NCBI RefSeq assembly: GCF_024502345.1
Contig: NZ_JALDNN010000001.1
Origin: Escherichia coli
GTDB lineage: Bacteria > Pseudomonadota > Gammaproteobacteria > Enterobacterales > Enterobacteriaceae
Length of the DNA: 64,000 nucleotides
Direction: 5' to 3' (one strand)
Positions within the stretch are counted from its first letter, which is position 1. Every line of letters begins with the position of its first letter. The translations under genes and the position numbers were made by a program. The notes below the pieces were generated by a model that saw nothing but the letters and a program-made list of their open reading frames with translations, was not told the DNA's origin and did no database searches. Shown one piece after another: positions 47,284 to 58,887 of this stretch.

Positions 47284-47319
47284 TAGAGTCTGGCGGATGT
47301 CGACAGACTCTATTTTTTT
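47284..47319 (+). terminator. Strong plus-strand hairpin with T7 run and no plus-strand CDS upstream; possible sRNA 3' end (IsrA-like position)
   Basis: TAGAGTCTG-gcggatgtcga-CAGACTCTA followed by TTTTTTT; lies in the smrA-abgR intergenic region, where both flanking genes are on the minus strand. Confidence 0.35.
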
Positions 47320-47327
47320 ATGCAGTT

Positions 47328-48236
47328 TTAACTTTGCAGATAGCCGCATTCTCGCCGGAATTGCGTGATTAATGACGCGGTCAGTGGTGTCTGGCGACTA
47401 TCACGCCGCTGAATCAAATAATAGGCCGCTTTCGGTAAAATTTCGCTAACCGGCAACATCACCAGCCCCTGTCCATGCAAGGGATCGCAGCCCATTTCTT
47501 CAGGCAGTATGCTGAGAAAATCGCTTTTTGCCACCAGACTGATACAGGCTGAGAACGTCTCGCAGACTACACCGACCTGTGGCGTTTGCGCCTGATCGTC
47601 AAGCAATTCACTCAACTGTTTGTAGTAACTGCCGTGTGGCGTCGGCATTGTCCAGCTGTAATCCAGTAACTGTTTGATCGAACGGGCACCAATGGCGGGG
47701 TGTCCCGGGCGGCAAAAGATCGCGAATTGCTTTTCCAGTAATTTCTCAAAAGTAAATTCGTGGTCGTACGGTCCCTGATAATAGGTATTGATGGTGAAAT
47801 CCAATTCTCCCTGACGCAATTCATTAATCATCGACACCAGTTGCCCTTCCATAATGCGTACTTTTACCTGCGGATGCTGCTGATGAAAACGAGATATGAC
47901 AGCTGGCATCAGACTGCGGGAAATACTGGCCCCCATGCCGATATTAATCTGCCCTGCCAGTTGCCCTTGTCGTTGGCGAATATCCTCTTGGGCTGCGCGC
48001 AGCTCTTCAAGAATAAGACTGGCGTGCTGATAAAAACTTTCACCGGCATCAGTTAACGTCACGCCTTTACTACGGCGAAAAAAGAGTTGCGCCGCTAATC
48101 CTTCTTCCAGCTCCTGAATAGATTTACTCCGTGCCGGTTGCGACATATTCAACATTCGGCTCGCTCCGCGAATGCTGCCCTGACGAGCCACTTCAACAAA
48201 AGCCCGAATTTGATGAATTTTTACCTGAAAAGCCAT
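47328..48236 (-). CDS. abgR: LysR-family regulator of the abg operon
   Basis: 302 aa, MAFQVKIHQIRAFVEVARQGSIRGASRMLNMSQPARSKSIQELEE; divergent from abgA. Confidence 0.85.
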   Translation of the reverse strand: MAFQVKIHQIRAFVEVARQGSIRGASRMLNMSQPARSKSIQELEEGLAAQLFFRRSKGVTLTDAGESFYQHASLILEELRAAQEDIRQRQGQLAGQINIGMGASISRSLMPAVISRFHQQHPQVKVRIMEGQLVSMINELRQGELDFTINTYYQGPYDHEFTFEKLLEKQFAIFCRPGHPAIGARSIKQLLDYSWTMPTPHGSYYKQLSELLDDQAQTPQVGVVCETFSACISLVAKSDFLSILPEEMGCDPLHGQGLVMLPVSEILPKAAYYLIQRRDSRQTPLTASLITQFRRECGYLQS

Positions 48237-48411
48237 GACGCCACCGATAACCGTTATTTATCAGACCAAAGAAACTGGCATCTACTTTAATGCAGATGAT
48301 TGTGTCAGGGTAATTTATGAACGGTTAAAACTGTGAAAAATCAGTTAGTGATAAGTAAAAACTATCGCTACGTGAACCGGGTCACACTTTTTACTGATGA
48401 CGGGAAAGGTT

Positions 48412-49722
48412 ATGGAGTCTTTGAATCAATTTGTTAATTCGCTTGCCCCAAAATTATCGCACTGGCGACGTGATTTTCATCACTATGCAGAGTCTGGCTG
48501 GGTGGAATTCCGCACTGCCACCCTTGTTGCGGAAGAATTGCAGCAGCTCGGCTATTCACTGGCGCTGGGCCGCGAAGTAGTTAATGAAAGTAGCCGGATG
48601 GGACTACCTGATGAACTCACTCTACAACGCGAATTCGAGCGCGCTCGTCAACAGGGTGCGCTAGCACAATGGATTGCGGCTTTTGAAGGTGGTTTCACTG
48701 GTATCGTCGCCACCCTGGATACCGGTCGCCCCGGTCCGGTGATGGCTTTCCGTGTCGATATGGACGCGCTGGATCTCAGTGAAGAGCAGGATGTCAGCCA
48801 TCGCCCCTACCGCGACGGTTTTGCGTCATGTAACGCCGGAATGATGCATGCCTGTGGTCATGATGGGCATACCGCCATTGGGCTTGGGCTGGCGCATACC
48901 CTTAAACAGTTCGAGTCCGGACTACATGGCATCATCAAACTGATTTTTCAACCTGCAGAAGAAGGTACGCGTGGCGCGCGGGCGATGGTCGATGCAGGTG
49001 TAGTGGATGATGTTGATTATTTTACTGCCGTGCACATTGGCACTGGCGTACCTGCGGGCACCGTGGTGTGCGGCAGTGATAATTTTATGGCAACCACCAA
49101 ATTTGACGCGCACTTCACCGGGACCGCCGCTCACGCAGGCGCAAAACCAGAAGACGGTCACAATGCCTTGTTGGCGGCAGCACAAGCAACTCTTGCACTG
49201 CATGCAATCGCCCCGCACAGCGAAGGCGCTTCCAGAGTAAACGTGGGCGTTATGCAGGCAGGAAGCGGTCGTAATGTTGTTCCTGCCTCGGCGTTGCTGA
49301 AAGTGGAAACACGCGGGGCCAGCGACGTCATTAATCAATATGTTTTTGACCGTGCACAACAAGCGATTCAGGGCGCAGCAACCATGTATGGTGTCGGCGT
49401 TGAAATTCGTCTGATGGGTGCAGCTACCGCCAGTTCTCCTTCGCCGCAATGGGTCGCATGGTTGCAAAGTCAGGCGGCTCAGGTCGCGGGGGTCAATCAG
49501 GCCATTGAACGTGTCGAAGCGCCTGCGGGTTCCGAAGATGCCACATTAATGATGGCCCGCGTGCAGCAACATCAAGGGCAAGCCTCCTACATGGTGTTTG
49601 GCACACAGCTGGCGGCAGGTCATCACAACGAAAAATTCGATTTTGACGAGCAGGTTCTCGCTATTGCCGTCGAAACGCTGGCGCGCACCGCGCTCAATTT
49701 TCCCTGGACGCGAGGTATCTGA
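48412..49722 (+). CDS. abgA: p-Aminobenzoyl-glutamate hydrolase subunit A (M20 peptidase)
   Basis: 436 aa from the internal Met, MESLNQFVNSLAPKLSHWRRDFHHYAESGW...; its stop overlaps the abgB start (TGATG). Confidence 0.85.
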   Translation: MESLNQFVNSLAPKLSHWRRDFHHYAESGWVEFRTATLVAEELQQLGYSLALGREVVNESSRMGLPDELTLQREFERARQQGALAQWIAAFEGGFTGIVATLDTGRPGPVMAFRVDMDALDLSEEQDVSHRPYRDGFASCNAGMMHACGHDGHTAIGLGLAHTLKQFESGLHGIIKLIFQPAEEGTRGARAMVDAGVVDDVDYFTAVHIGTGVPAGTVVCGSDNFMATTKFDAHFTGTAAHAGAKPEDGHNALLAAAQATLALHAIAPHSEGASRVNVGVMQAGSGRNVVPASALLKVETRGASDVINQYVFDRAQQAIQGAATMYGVGVEIRLMGAATASSPSPQWVAWLQSQAAQVAGVNQAIERVEAPAGSEDATLMMARVQQHQGQASYMVFGTQLAAGHHNEKFDFDEQVLAIAVETLARTALNFPWTRGI

Positions 49723-51167
49723 TGCAGGAAATCTATCGTTTTATCGACGATGCGATTGAAGCCGATCGCCAACGTTATACCGATATTGCCGATCAAATCT
49801 GGGATCATCCAGAAACACGTTTTGAAGAGTTCTGGTCAGCGGAGCATCTGGCTTCGGCGCTGGAATCTGCAGGCTTCACCGTTACCCGCAACGTAGGCAA
49901 TATCCCAAATGCCTTTATTGCTTCGTTTGGTCAAGGCAAACCGGTTATCGCCCTGCTGGGAGAATATGACGCCCTGGCAGGTTTAAGTCAGCAAGCTGGT
50001 TGCGCGCAACCTACATCCGCGACGCCCGGTGAAAATGGTCACGGTTGCGGACACAATTTGCTGGGAACCGCCGCCTTTGCCGCTGCAATAGCCGTCAAGA
50101 AATGGCTGGAACAATATGGGCAAGGCGGCACAGTGAGCTTTTATGGTTGTCCTGGCGAAGAAGGCGGCTCGGGTAAAACGTTCATGGTCCGCGAGGGGGT
50201 ATTTGATGATGTGGATGCGGCACTCACCTGGCACCCGGAAGCCTTTGCCGGTATGTTCAATACCCGCACGCTGGCAAACATTCAGGCATCATGGCGCTTT
50301 AAAGGGATCGCAGCACATGCCGCGAATTCCCCTCATTTGGGACGCAGCGCCCTTGATGCCGTAACGTTGATGACCACTGGCACCAACTTCCTCAACGAAC
50401 ATATTATTGAAAAAGCGCGCGTACACTATGCCATCACAAATAGTGGCGGGATCTCGCCCAACGTGGTCCAGGCGCAGGCAGAAGTGCTTTATCTTATCCG
50501 CGCCCCCGAAATGACCGACGTGCAGCATATTTATGATCGAGTCGCCAAAATCGCCGAAGGTGCGGCATTGATGACCGAAACCACGGTTGAATGCCGCTTC
50601 GACAAAGCCTGTTCCAGTTAGCTCCCGAGTCGCACCTTAGAAAATGCCATGTACCAGGCCCTATCCCATTTTGGTACCCCGGAATGGAACTCCGAAGAAC
50701 TGGCTTTTGCGAAACAAATTCAGGCTACGCTCACCCCCAACGATCGGCAAAACAGTCTGAATAATATCGCCGCAACCGGTGGCGAAAACGGCAAGGCTTT
50801 TGCACTACGTCATCGTGAAACGGTACTGGCGAATGAAGTCGCTCCATATGCCGCCACCGATAACGTGCTTGCGGCATCGACTGATGTCGGCGACGTCAGT
50901 TGGAAACTGCCTGTTGCCCAGTGTTTCAGCCCCTGTTTTGCCGTCGGTACACCGCTACATACGTGGCAACTGGTTAGCCAGGGGCGAACATCTATTGCTC
51001 ATAAAGGAATGCTGCTGGCGGCGAAAACTATGGCAGCAACCACAGTCAATCTCTTCCTTGATTCAGGGCTATTGCAAGAATGCCAACAAGAGCATCAGCA
51101 AGTAACGGACACGCAACCGTACCACTGCCCTATCCCGAAAAACGTGACACCGTCACCTTTAAAATAA
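49722..51167 (+). pseudogene. abgB: p-Aminobenzoyl-glutamate hydrolase subunit B reading frame with a single in-frame TAG at codon 300 (50619..50621)
   Basis: ORFs 49722..50621 and 50649..51167 are in the same frame; 299 + stop + 9 + 172 codons gives 481, the remembered AbgB length; protein-like sequence continues through the TAG. Confidence 0.7.
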
Positions 51168-51203
51168 CAACAACAACGCAAACACAACAACCGAGGAATG
51201 CCC

Positions 51204-52730
51204 ATGAGTATGTCATCCATACCGTCGTCCTCCCAATCCGGGAAGCTCTATGGCTGGGTCGAAAGAATTGGTAACAAGGTTCCCCATCCTTTTTTGCTCT
51301 TTATCTATTTGATAATCGTACTCATGGTGACGACGGCAATTTTGTCAGCCTTTGGCGTCAGTGCGAAAAACCCGACCGATGGTACGCCGGTGGTGGTGAA
51401 AAACCTGCTCAGTGTGGAAGGATTACACTGGTTTTTACCCAATGTGATTAAAAACTTTAGCGGTTTTGCTCCACTTGGAGCGATCCTGGCGCTGGTTTTA
51501 GGTGCCGGCCTAGCGGAGCGCGTCGGCTTACTGCCAGCGCTAATGGTTAAAATGGCATCGCATGTTAATGCCCGCTACGCCAGTTATATGGTGCTGTTTA
51601 TTGCTTTTTTCAGCCACATTTCTTCCGATGCGGCGTTAGTGATCATGCCACCGATGGGTGCGCTGATTTTTCTGGCGGTGGGCAGGCATCCAGTTGCAGG
51701 TTTACTGGCTGCCATTGCAGGCGTAGGTTGCGGCTTTACGGCTAATTTACTGATTGTCACAACCGACGTGTTGCTGTCGGGGATCAGCACGGAAGCGGCG
51801 GCTGCGTTCAATCCGCAAATGCACGTCAGTGTAATTGATAACTGGTATTTTATGGCCAGCTCCGTAGTCGTACTGACGATTGTTGGCGGCCTGATAACCG
51901 ACAAAATCATCGAGCCACGGTTAGGTCAATGGCAGGGAAACAGCGATGAGAAACTGCAGACATTGACCGAAAGTCAGCGTTTTGGTTTACGCATAGCAGG
52001 TGTCGTATCGCTACTTTTTATTGCTGCGATTGCGCTGATGGTGATCCCGGAAAACGGGATATTGCGCGATCCGATTAATCACACCGTGATGCCATCACCC
52101 TTTATTAAAGGTATCGTGCCACTGATCATTCTTTTTTTCTTTGTTGTCTCGCTGGCTTATGGCATCGCTACCCGCACAATTCGACGTCAGGCGGATTTAC
52201 CGCATTTAATGATTGAACCGATGAAAGAGATGGCGGGATTTATCGTGATGGTTTTTCCCCTCGCCCAATTTGTCGCCATGTTTAACTGGAGCAACATGGG
52301 GAAATTCATCGCCGTGGGGCTGACCGATATACTGGAAAGTTCAGGGCTTAGTGGCATACCGGCGTTTGTCGGTCTGGCGTTGCTTTCCTCTTTCTTATGC
52401 ATGTTTATTGCCAGCGGTTCCGCAATCTGGTCGATTCTGGCCCCCATTTTCGTACCAATGTTTATGCTACTTGGCTTTCACCCGGCATTTGCGCAAATCC
52501 TCTTTCGTATTGCCGACTCATCCGTATTGCCTTTAGCGCCGGTATCTCCTTTTGTTCCACTGTTTCTTGGATTCCTGCAACGCTACAAACCAGACGCGAA
52601 ACTGGGTACTTACTATTCGTTAGTCTTGCCCTATCCGCTTATCTTTTTGGTGGTATGGCTGCTGATGTTGCTGGCGTGGTATCTTGTTGGTCTGCCGATA
52701 GGTCCGGGGATTTACCCACGTTTGTCTTAA
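51204..52730 (+). CDS. abgT: p-Aminobenzoyl-glutamate transporter (AbgT family)
   Basis: 508 aa from the third codon of the listed ORF; polytopic membrane protein. Confidence 0.85.
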   Translation: MSMSSIPSSSQSGKLYGWVERIGNKVPHPFLLFIYLIIVLMVTTAILSAFGVSAKNPTDGTPVVVKNLLSVEGLHWFLPNVIKNFSGFAPLGAILALVLGAGLAERVGLLPALMVKMASHVNARYASYMVLFIAFFSHISSDAALVIMPPMGALIFLAVGRHPVAGLLAAIAGVGCGFTANLLIVTTDVLLSGISTEAAAAFNPQMHVSVIDNWYFMASSVVVLTIVGGLITDKIIEPRLGQWQGNSDEKLQTLTESQRFGLRIAGVVSLLFIAAIALMVIPENGILRDPINHTVMPSPFIKGIVPLIILFFFVVSLAYGIATRTIRRQADLPHLMIEPMKEMAGFIVMVFPLAQFVAMFNWSNMGKFIAVGLTDILESSGLSGIPAFVGLALLSSFLCMFIASGSAIWSILAPIFVPMFMLLGFHPAFAQILFRIADSSVLPLAPVSPFVPLFLGFLQRYKPDAKLGTYYSLVLPYPLIFLVVWLLMLLAWYLVGLPIGPGIYPRLS

Positions 52731-52740
52731 GAGAGAACGG

Positions 52741-53256
52741 ATGCTGAGATTACTTGAAGAAAAAATTGCCACGCCACTGGGTCCACTGTGGGTGATTTGC
52801 GATGAGCAATTTCGCCTGCGGGCGGTTGAATGGGAAGAGTACAGCGAACGCATGGTGCAGCTGCTGGACATCCATTATCGCAAAGAAGGCTATGAGCGCA
52901 TTTCTGCCACCAACCCAGGCGGTTTAAGCGACAAGCTTCGTGATTATTTTGCCGGTAATCTTAGCATTATTGATACGCTTCCCACTGCCACAGGGGGGAC
53001 GCCATTTCAGCGCGAAGTCTGGAAAACACTACGCACTATCCCCTGCGGGCAGGTAATGCATTACGGCCAACTGGCTGAACAATTGGGCCGCCCTGGCGCG
53101 GCGCGTGCCGTTGGTGCGGCAAACGGATCGAATCCCATCAGCATCGTCGTACCTTGCCATCGGGTTATTGGCCGAAACGGCACCATGACCGGATATGCAG
53201 GCGGAGTTCAGCGAAAAGAGTGGTTATTGCGCCACGAAGGTTATCTTTTGCTGTAA
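52741..53256 (+). CDS. ogt: O6-methylguanine-DNA methyltransferase
   Basis: 171 aa with the active-site PCHRV motif. Confidence 0.9.
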   Translation: MLRLLEEKIATPLGPLWVICDEQFRLRAVEWEEYSERMVQLLDIHYRKEGYERISATNPGGLSDKLRDYFAGNLSIIDTLPTATGGTPFQREVWKTLRTIPCGQVMHYGQLAEQLGRPGAARAVGAANGSNPISIVVPCHRVIGRNGTMTGYAGGVQRKEWLLRHEGYLLL

Positions 53257-53417
53257 ACATTAAACAATTTGTGCCAGCTTGTTCACACTTTTATGTAAAG
53301 TTACCCTTAACAACTTAAGGGTTTTCAAATAGATAGACATATATTTACATCTAATATCGGAATTCTCTGCTGTTAAGGTTTGCTTAGACTTACTTGCTCC
53401 CTAAAAAGATGTTAAAA

Positions 53418-53431
53418 TTGACAAATATCAA
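53418..53431 (+). promoter_or_regulatory. FNR autoregulatory site in the fnr promoter
   Basis: TTGACAAATATCAA (TTGAC-N4-ATCAA) about 20 bp upstream of the fnr start codon. Confidence 0.6.
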
Positions 53432-53450
53432 TTACGGCTTGAGCAGACCT

Positions 53451-54203
53451 ATGATCCCGGAAAAGCGAATTATACGGCGCATTCAGTCTGGCGGTTGTGC
53501 TATCCATTGCCAGGATTGCAGCATCAGCCAGCTTTGCATCCCGTTCACACTCAACGAACATGAGCTTGATCAGCTTGATAATATCATTGAGCGGAAGAAG
53601 CCTATTCAGAAAGGCCAGACGCTGTTTAAGGCTGGTGATGAACTTAAATCGCTTTATGCCATCCGCTCCGGTACGATTAAAAGTTATACCATCACTGAGC
53701 AAGGCGACGAGCAAATCACTGGTTTCCATTTAGCTGGCGACCTGGTGGGATTTGACGCCATCGGCAGCGGCCATCACCCGAGCTTCGCTCAGGCGCTGGA
53801 AACCTCGATGGTATGTGAAATCCCGTTCGAAACGCTGGACGATTTGTCCGGTAAAATGCCGAATCTGCGTCAGCAGATGATGCGTCTGATGAGCAGTGAA
53901 ATCAAAGGCGATCAGGACATGATCCTGCTGTTGTCGAAGAAAAATGCCGAGGAACGTCTGGCTGCATTCATCTACAACCTGTCCCGTCGTTTTGCCCAAC
54001 GCGGCTTCTCCCCTCGTGAATTCCGCCTGACGATGACTCGTGGCGATATCGGTAACTATCTGGGCCTGACGGTAGAAACCATCAGCCGTCTGCTGGGTCG
54101 CTTCCAGAAAAGCGGCATGCTGGCAGTCAAAGGTAAATACATCACCATCGAAAATAACGATGCGCTGGCCCAGCTTGCTGGTCATACGCGTAACGTTGCC
54201 TGA
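53451..54203 (+). CDS. fnr: Global anaerobic regulator FNR (CRP/FNR family)
   Basis: 250 aa from the internal Met, [32 protein letters not shown]..., with the N-terminal Fe-S cysteine cluster. Confidence 0.95.
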   Translation: MIPEKRIIRRIQSGGCAIHCQDCSISQLCIPFTLNEHELDQLDNIIERKKPIQKGQTLFKAGDELKSLYAIRSGTIKSYTITEQGDEQITGFHLAGDLVGFDAIGSGHHPSFAQALETSMVCEIPFETLDDLSGKMPNLRQQMMRLMSSEIKGDQDMILLLSKKNAEERLAAFIYNLSRRFAQRGFSPREFRLTMTRGDIGNYLGLTVETISRLLGRFQKSGMLAVKGKYITIENNDALAQLAGHTRNVA

Positions 54204-54354
54204 TTTTTCCGCATAACTCACTATCCTTCTGTCATATCATTAAATTTTTCTGATTTATTGATCTGGCAGAAGGTTCATCACTGTTTCATTCACCAGATAT
54301 GGGTTAATCTTTTAATTACAAACTGCGTTGACAGTTGTTGTAAGGAGACCCTGT

Positions 54355-55305
54355 ATGGCTATGTATCAGAACATGCTCGTTGTTATCGATCCTAACCAGG
54401 ACGACCAACCAGCATTGCGGCGAGCTGTTTATTTACATCAACGGATTGGTGGCAAAATTAAAGCCTTTTTGCCGATCTATGACTTCTCATACGAAATGAC
54501 CACCCTGCTCTCCCCGGACGAACGTACCGCTATGCGCCAGGGCGTCATCAGCCAGCGTACAGCCTGGATCCACGAGCAGGCAAAATATTATCTCAATGCT
54601 GGCGTTCCCATTGAAATTAAAGTGGTCTGGCATAACCGTCCTTTCGAAGCCATCATTCAGGAAGTGATCAGCGGCGGGCACGATTTGGTGCTAAAAATGG
54701 CGCACCAACATGACCGTCTGGAAGCGGTGATTTTTACGCCAACGGACTGGCATCTGTTACGCAAATGCCCAAGCCCGGTGTGGATGGTGAAAGACCAGCC
54801 GTGGCCGGAAGGAGGTAAGGCGCTGGTGGCGGTGAATCTCGCCAGTGAAGAGCCGTATCATAATGCGCTCAATGAAAAACTGGTCAAAGAGACGATCGAA
54901 CTGGCAGAACAAGTCAACCATACCGAAGTTCATCTGGTTGGCGCTTACCCAGTAACGCCAATTAATATCGCGATTGAACTGCCGGAATTTGATCCGAGCG
55001 TTTATAACGATGCCATTCGTGGGCAACATTTGCTGGCAATGAAAGCTCTGCGGCAGAAATTCGGCATTAATGAAAACATGACGCACGTAGAAAAAGGTCT
55101 GCCAGAAGAGGTGATTCCTGATTTGGCGGAGCACTTACAGGCGGGGATTGTGGTTCTGGGCACGGTAGGACGTACCGGTATTTCAGCAGCATTCCTCGGC
55201 AACACGGCGGAACAGGTGATTGATCATCTTCGCTGCGACCTGCTGGTCATTAAACCTGACCAGTATCAGACACCCGTTGAGCTGGATGACGAAGAAGACG
55301 ATTAA
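54355..55305 (+). CDS. uspE: Tandem-domain universal stress protein E
   Basis: 316 aa from the internal Met, [27 protein letters not shown]... Confidence 0.85.
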   Translation: MAMYQNMLVVIDPNQDDQPALRRAVYLHQRIGGKIKAFLPIYDFSYEMTTLLSPDERTAMRQGVISQRTAWIHEQAKYYLNAGVPIEIKVVWHNRPFEAIIQEVISGGHDLVLKMAHQHDRLEAVIFTPTDWHLLRKCPSPVWMVKDQPWPEGGKALVAVNLASEEPYHNALNEKLVKETIELAEQVNHTEVHLVGAYPVTPINIAIELPEFDPSVYNDAIRGQHLLAMKALRQKFGINENMTHVEKGLPEEVIPDLAEHLQAGIVVLGTVGRTGISAAFLGNTAEQVIDHLRCDLLVIKPDQYQTPVELDDEEDD

Positions 55306-55326
55306 CGACTCTTCAATAACTGACAA

Positions 55327-55352
55327 GGCCCGAGTTATCGGGCCTATTTTTT
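55327..55352 (+). terminator. Rho-independent terminator after uspE
   Basis: GGCCCG-agttat-CGGGCC followed by TATTTTTT. Confidence 0.6.
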
Positions 55353-55354
55353 AC

Positions 55355-55612
55355 TTACTGCTCTTCGCCACCAAGGAAATAAATTCCTAACGGGATTGCC
55401 AGCAACACAGTAAAAACCAGGCTATAAACAAAAATCATCGATGACTGAATCACATACATTGATGTCGTCCACTCAGACAGCGGAATATTGTACTGTTCTA
55501 TAACGCCGCCGATAGTCGCGCGAGTCACAACCGACGCCGCAATAATGAAAACCGCCAACAAACCAAAGAGAAATTTCTTCCCTTTCGCTGACTTCAGTTT
55601 CGCCATAATCAT
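55355..55612 (-). CDS. ynaJ: Small inner-membrane protein YnaJ (DUF2534)
   Basis: 85 aa with two predicted transmembrane helices. Confidence 0.7.
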   Translation of the reverse strand: MIMAKLKSAKGKKFLFGLLAVFIIAASVVTRATIGGVIEQYNIPLSEWTTSMYVIQSSMIFVYSLVFTVLLAIPLGIYFLGGEEQ

Positions 55613-55855
55613 GATGTAATCCTTGTGCAGACAAATTTCTTGTTACCTAAACGTAACAATACCATGACATTTCACCGTTGTCTGCTCTGAAAACCTCACC
55701 TCTTAGCTGGATTTACAATCAACGCATTGATTAGTTAGCTAATGTTGCTACTTCCTTCCCTGACTATTGATGATCTGAATGAATTGTCGCGGTAAAATAG
55801 CCCCGCCAGGGGTTTCCGGCATGACGACAATTATCTGGAGGAGCCTGATAAAACA

Positions 55856-56887
55856 ATGATCGCTGAACTGTTTACAAATAATGCGCTTAATCTGGTCATT
55901 ATTTTCGGTAGCTGCGCAGCATTGATTCTGATGAGCTTTTGGTTTCGCCGCGGAAATCGTAAAAGAAAAGGTTTTTTATTCCATGCGGTGCAATTTTTAA
56001 TCTACACCATAATTATCAGTGCTGTTGGTAGCATTATTAATTATGTTATAGAAAACTATAAACTCAAATTTATCACCCCAGGCGTTATCGATTTTATCTG
56101 TACGTCCCTGATTGCGGTTATTCTGACGATTAAGCTATTTTTGCTGATTAATCAGTTTGAAAAACAGCAGATTAAAAAAGGTCGCGATATCACCAGTGCG
56201 CGGATTATGTCGCGCATTATCAAAATCACCATTATTGTGGTGCTTGTTCTGCTTTATGGCGAACATTTCGGCATGAGCCTTTCTGGCTTGCTGACCTTTG
56301 GTGGTATTGGTGGTCTGGCTGTCGGTATGGCCGGTAAAGATATTCTGAGCAATTTCTTTTCCGGGATCATGCTCTATTTCGACCGTCCTTTCAGTATTGG
56401 CGACTGGATCCGTTCACCGGACAGAAATATCGAAGGTACAGTAGCGGAAATTGGCTGGCGAATTACCAAAATTACGACCTTTGATAATCGTCCATTGTAC
56501 GTACCGAACTCGCTGTTTTCGTCGATCAGCGTAGAAAACCCAGGACGAATGACCAATCGCCGCATTACCACGACCATTGGTTTACGTTATGAGGATGCGG
56601 CAAAAGTGGGCGTTATCGTCGAAGCCGTACGTGAGATGCTGAAAAATCACCCGGCCATCGACCAGCGACAAACCTTACTGGTTTATTTCAACCAGTTTGC
56701 TGACTCGTCATTGAATATTATGGTTTATTGCTTTACCAAAACCACGGTATGGGCTGAATGGCTTGCTGCACAGCAAGACGTTTATTTGAAGATTATCGAT
56801 ATTGTGCAGTCACACGGCGCGGACTTTGCCTTCCCCAGCCAGACGCTGTATATGGATAACATTACACCGCCGGAACAGGGGCGCTAA
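55856..56887 (+). CDS. ynaI: Small-conductance mechanosensitive channel (MscS family)
   Basis: 343 aa; multiple transmembrane helices followed by an MscS-type beta domain. Confidence 0.85.
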
Positions 56888-56937
56888 ATCAGACATCACT
56901 GGCGTTATCCACAAGGGTAACGCCAGTTCCCATCACA

Positions 56938-58551
56938 TCAATGCTTCACAATATACATAGTCCGACTGTACGCCACATCTTCAGGGTTATTAATGGGATA
57001 ACCTTTCAGCCACGGTTTGATTAATCGTCCATTGGTATATTGATAAATTGGTGCAATCGGTGCTTGCTCCATGAGGATTTTTTCTGCCGCGTTGTAATCG
57101 GCATTACGCGCTTTAACGGTATTTTCCGTCGATGCCTGGGCCAGAACTTTGTCGTATGCCGGATTGTTAAAGCGTGAAATATTTCCTGAATGCGTTGACG
57201 TTAATAATGTCAGGAAAGTGGAGGGTTCATTATAATCCCCCACCCATGAGGCGCGGATAACATCAAAATTGCCGGTGTTACGGCTATCGATATAGGTTTT
57301 CCATTCCTGATTTTGCAATTTAACATCTACGCCAAGGTTCTTTTTCCACATCGATGCTACAGCAATCGCAATTTTTTGATGGTTTTCTGAAGTGTTATAC
57401 AAAAGCGTCAGCTTCAACGGTTTTTGCGGACCATAACCAGCTGCGCTCAACAAAGTTTTTGCCTGCGCATTCAGTTCTTCCTGACTCATTTGTTCAAGCG
57501 GCGAAGGTTCCGGCGTAAATCCGGCGGTAACATCTGGTGTAAAATGCCACGCTGGCTTTTCGCCCGTCCCTAATACTTTTTCGGTCATCAGGCGGCGATC
57601 TATCGTCATACTTAATGCCAGACGAACGCGCTGATCTGCCGTCGGCCCTTTTTGCGTGTTAAACGCATAATAATAGGTCCCGAGCTGCGGCGGCGTATAA
57701 ACCTCCCCCGGAATATCCTTCAACAGCTTCTGATACATATTTTTCGGGAAGGATTCGGTGATATCAATATCCCCCGCGAGGTAACGCTTAGTGGCTGCGG
57801 ATTCCTGATTAATTGGCAGGAAGGTCACTTTTTGCAGTACCGTTTTGGCGTTATCCCAATAATGGGTATTCGGTACCACGACCAGTTTTTCATTGACTAC
57901 GCGTTCTTTAAGAACATAAGCGCCATTGCCGATCAGATTTCCGGGTTTCGTCCACTCTTTACCGCTTTCTACGTTGGCTTTTTGCACCGGGAAGAAGGCA
58001 AAGTTAGCGGTTAAATTCACAAACCACGGCAACGGTTTATCAAGCTGAATTTTCAAAGTATGGGCATCAACTGCGGTGACGCCAAGCTGGTCAGGCGTAG
58101 CTTTACCATCAATAATCGCCTGTGCGTTGTTGATTCCCGCCAGCGCGGCAAACCATGCAAATGGCGATAGCGTTTTCGGGTCCACCAGACGCTGCCAGCT
58201 GTAGACAAAATCTTGCGCCGTTACCGGTGTGCCATCCGCCCATTTTGCGTTATCGCGCAGGGTAAAAGTCCAGATACGGTTGTCATTACTTTTCCACTGA
58301 GTCGCAACGCCGGGGACAATTTCCCCTTTCTCGTTCTGATTCACCAGTCCTTCAAACAGATCGCGAATGACCTGAATCTCTGGCAGGCCCACGGCTTTAG
58401 CGGGATCCAGCGACGCAGGCTCATCTTTAATGTGGCGCACCAGCTCCTGCTTCTCTGCCAGTACTGTGCCGCTCGGAACTTCTGCAGCATACGAAAGAGA
58501 AATGCTGCTGACCAACAGCGCACAACACGTGACTGAAACAGAGTGCTTCAT
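56938..58551 (-). CDS. mppA: Periplasmic murein tripeptide-binding protein (OppA paralog)
   Basis: 537 aa from the internal Met, MKHSVSVTCCALLVSSISLSYA signal peptide; solute-binding protein family 5. Confidence 0.9.
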   Translation of the reverse strand: MKHSVSVTCCALLVSSISLSYAAEVPSGTVLAEKQELVRHIKDEPASLDPAKAVGLPEIQVIRDLFEGLVNQNEKGEIVPGVATQWKSNDNRIWTFTLRDNAKWADGTPVTAQDFVYSWQRLVDPKTLSPFAWFAALAGINNAQAIIDGKATPDQLGVTAVDAHTLKIQLDKPLPWFVNLTANFAFFPVQKANVESGKEWTKPGNLIGNGAYVLKERVVNEKLVVVPNTHYWDNAKTVLQKVTFLPINQESAATKRYLAGDIDITESFPKNMYQKLLKDIPGEVYTPPQLGTYYYAFNTQKGPTADQRVRLALSMTIDRRLMTEKVLGTGEKPAWHFTPDVTAGFTPEPSPLEQMSQEELNAQAKTLLSAAGYGPQKPLKLTLLYNTSENHQKIAIAVASMWKKNLGVDVKLQNQEWKTYIDSRNTGNFDVIRASWVGDYNEPSTFLTLLTSTHSGNISRFNNPAYDKVLAQASTENTVKARNADYNAAEKILMEQAPIAPIYQYTNGRLIKPWLKGYPINNPEDVAYSRTMYIVKH

Positions 58552-58608
58552 AAGTTTCCCTCTAACCGACATTAAAATTGATGCGTAATTATTTGTTTCG
58601 CCTTAAAG

Positions 58609-58645
58609 AAATGCAAACAACTTCCATCAAAAAAGTGACACAGGA
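58609..58645 (+). repeat. Copy A of a 37-nt intergenic repeat, in the pgrR-mppA spacer
   Basis: AAATGCAAACAACTTCCatCAAAAAAGTGAcACAgGA; 33 of 37 positions identical to copy B at 62599..62635. Confidence 0.7.
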
Positions 58646-58887
58646 AGCATAAAATGTTTTATGTATCAATATATTAAATCAGATTTAGTGTAAATAATAG
58701 ACGCCAAAATGCGGCAAAGCACATAGAACACCGAACACTACGTTCGGGCTTCGCACGTTCAAACCAGTTTTCGGTATCATAATCAGCATCTGTCGCCATT
58801 GTACGAAGAATAAAAAATAACCAAAACGTTGAAAGGAACTGAGAATACGTTAAGAGAAGAATTAAATTAATGTATCAGCAAGTAGTG

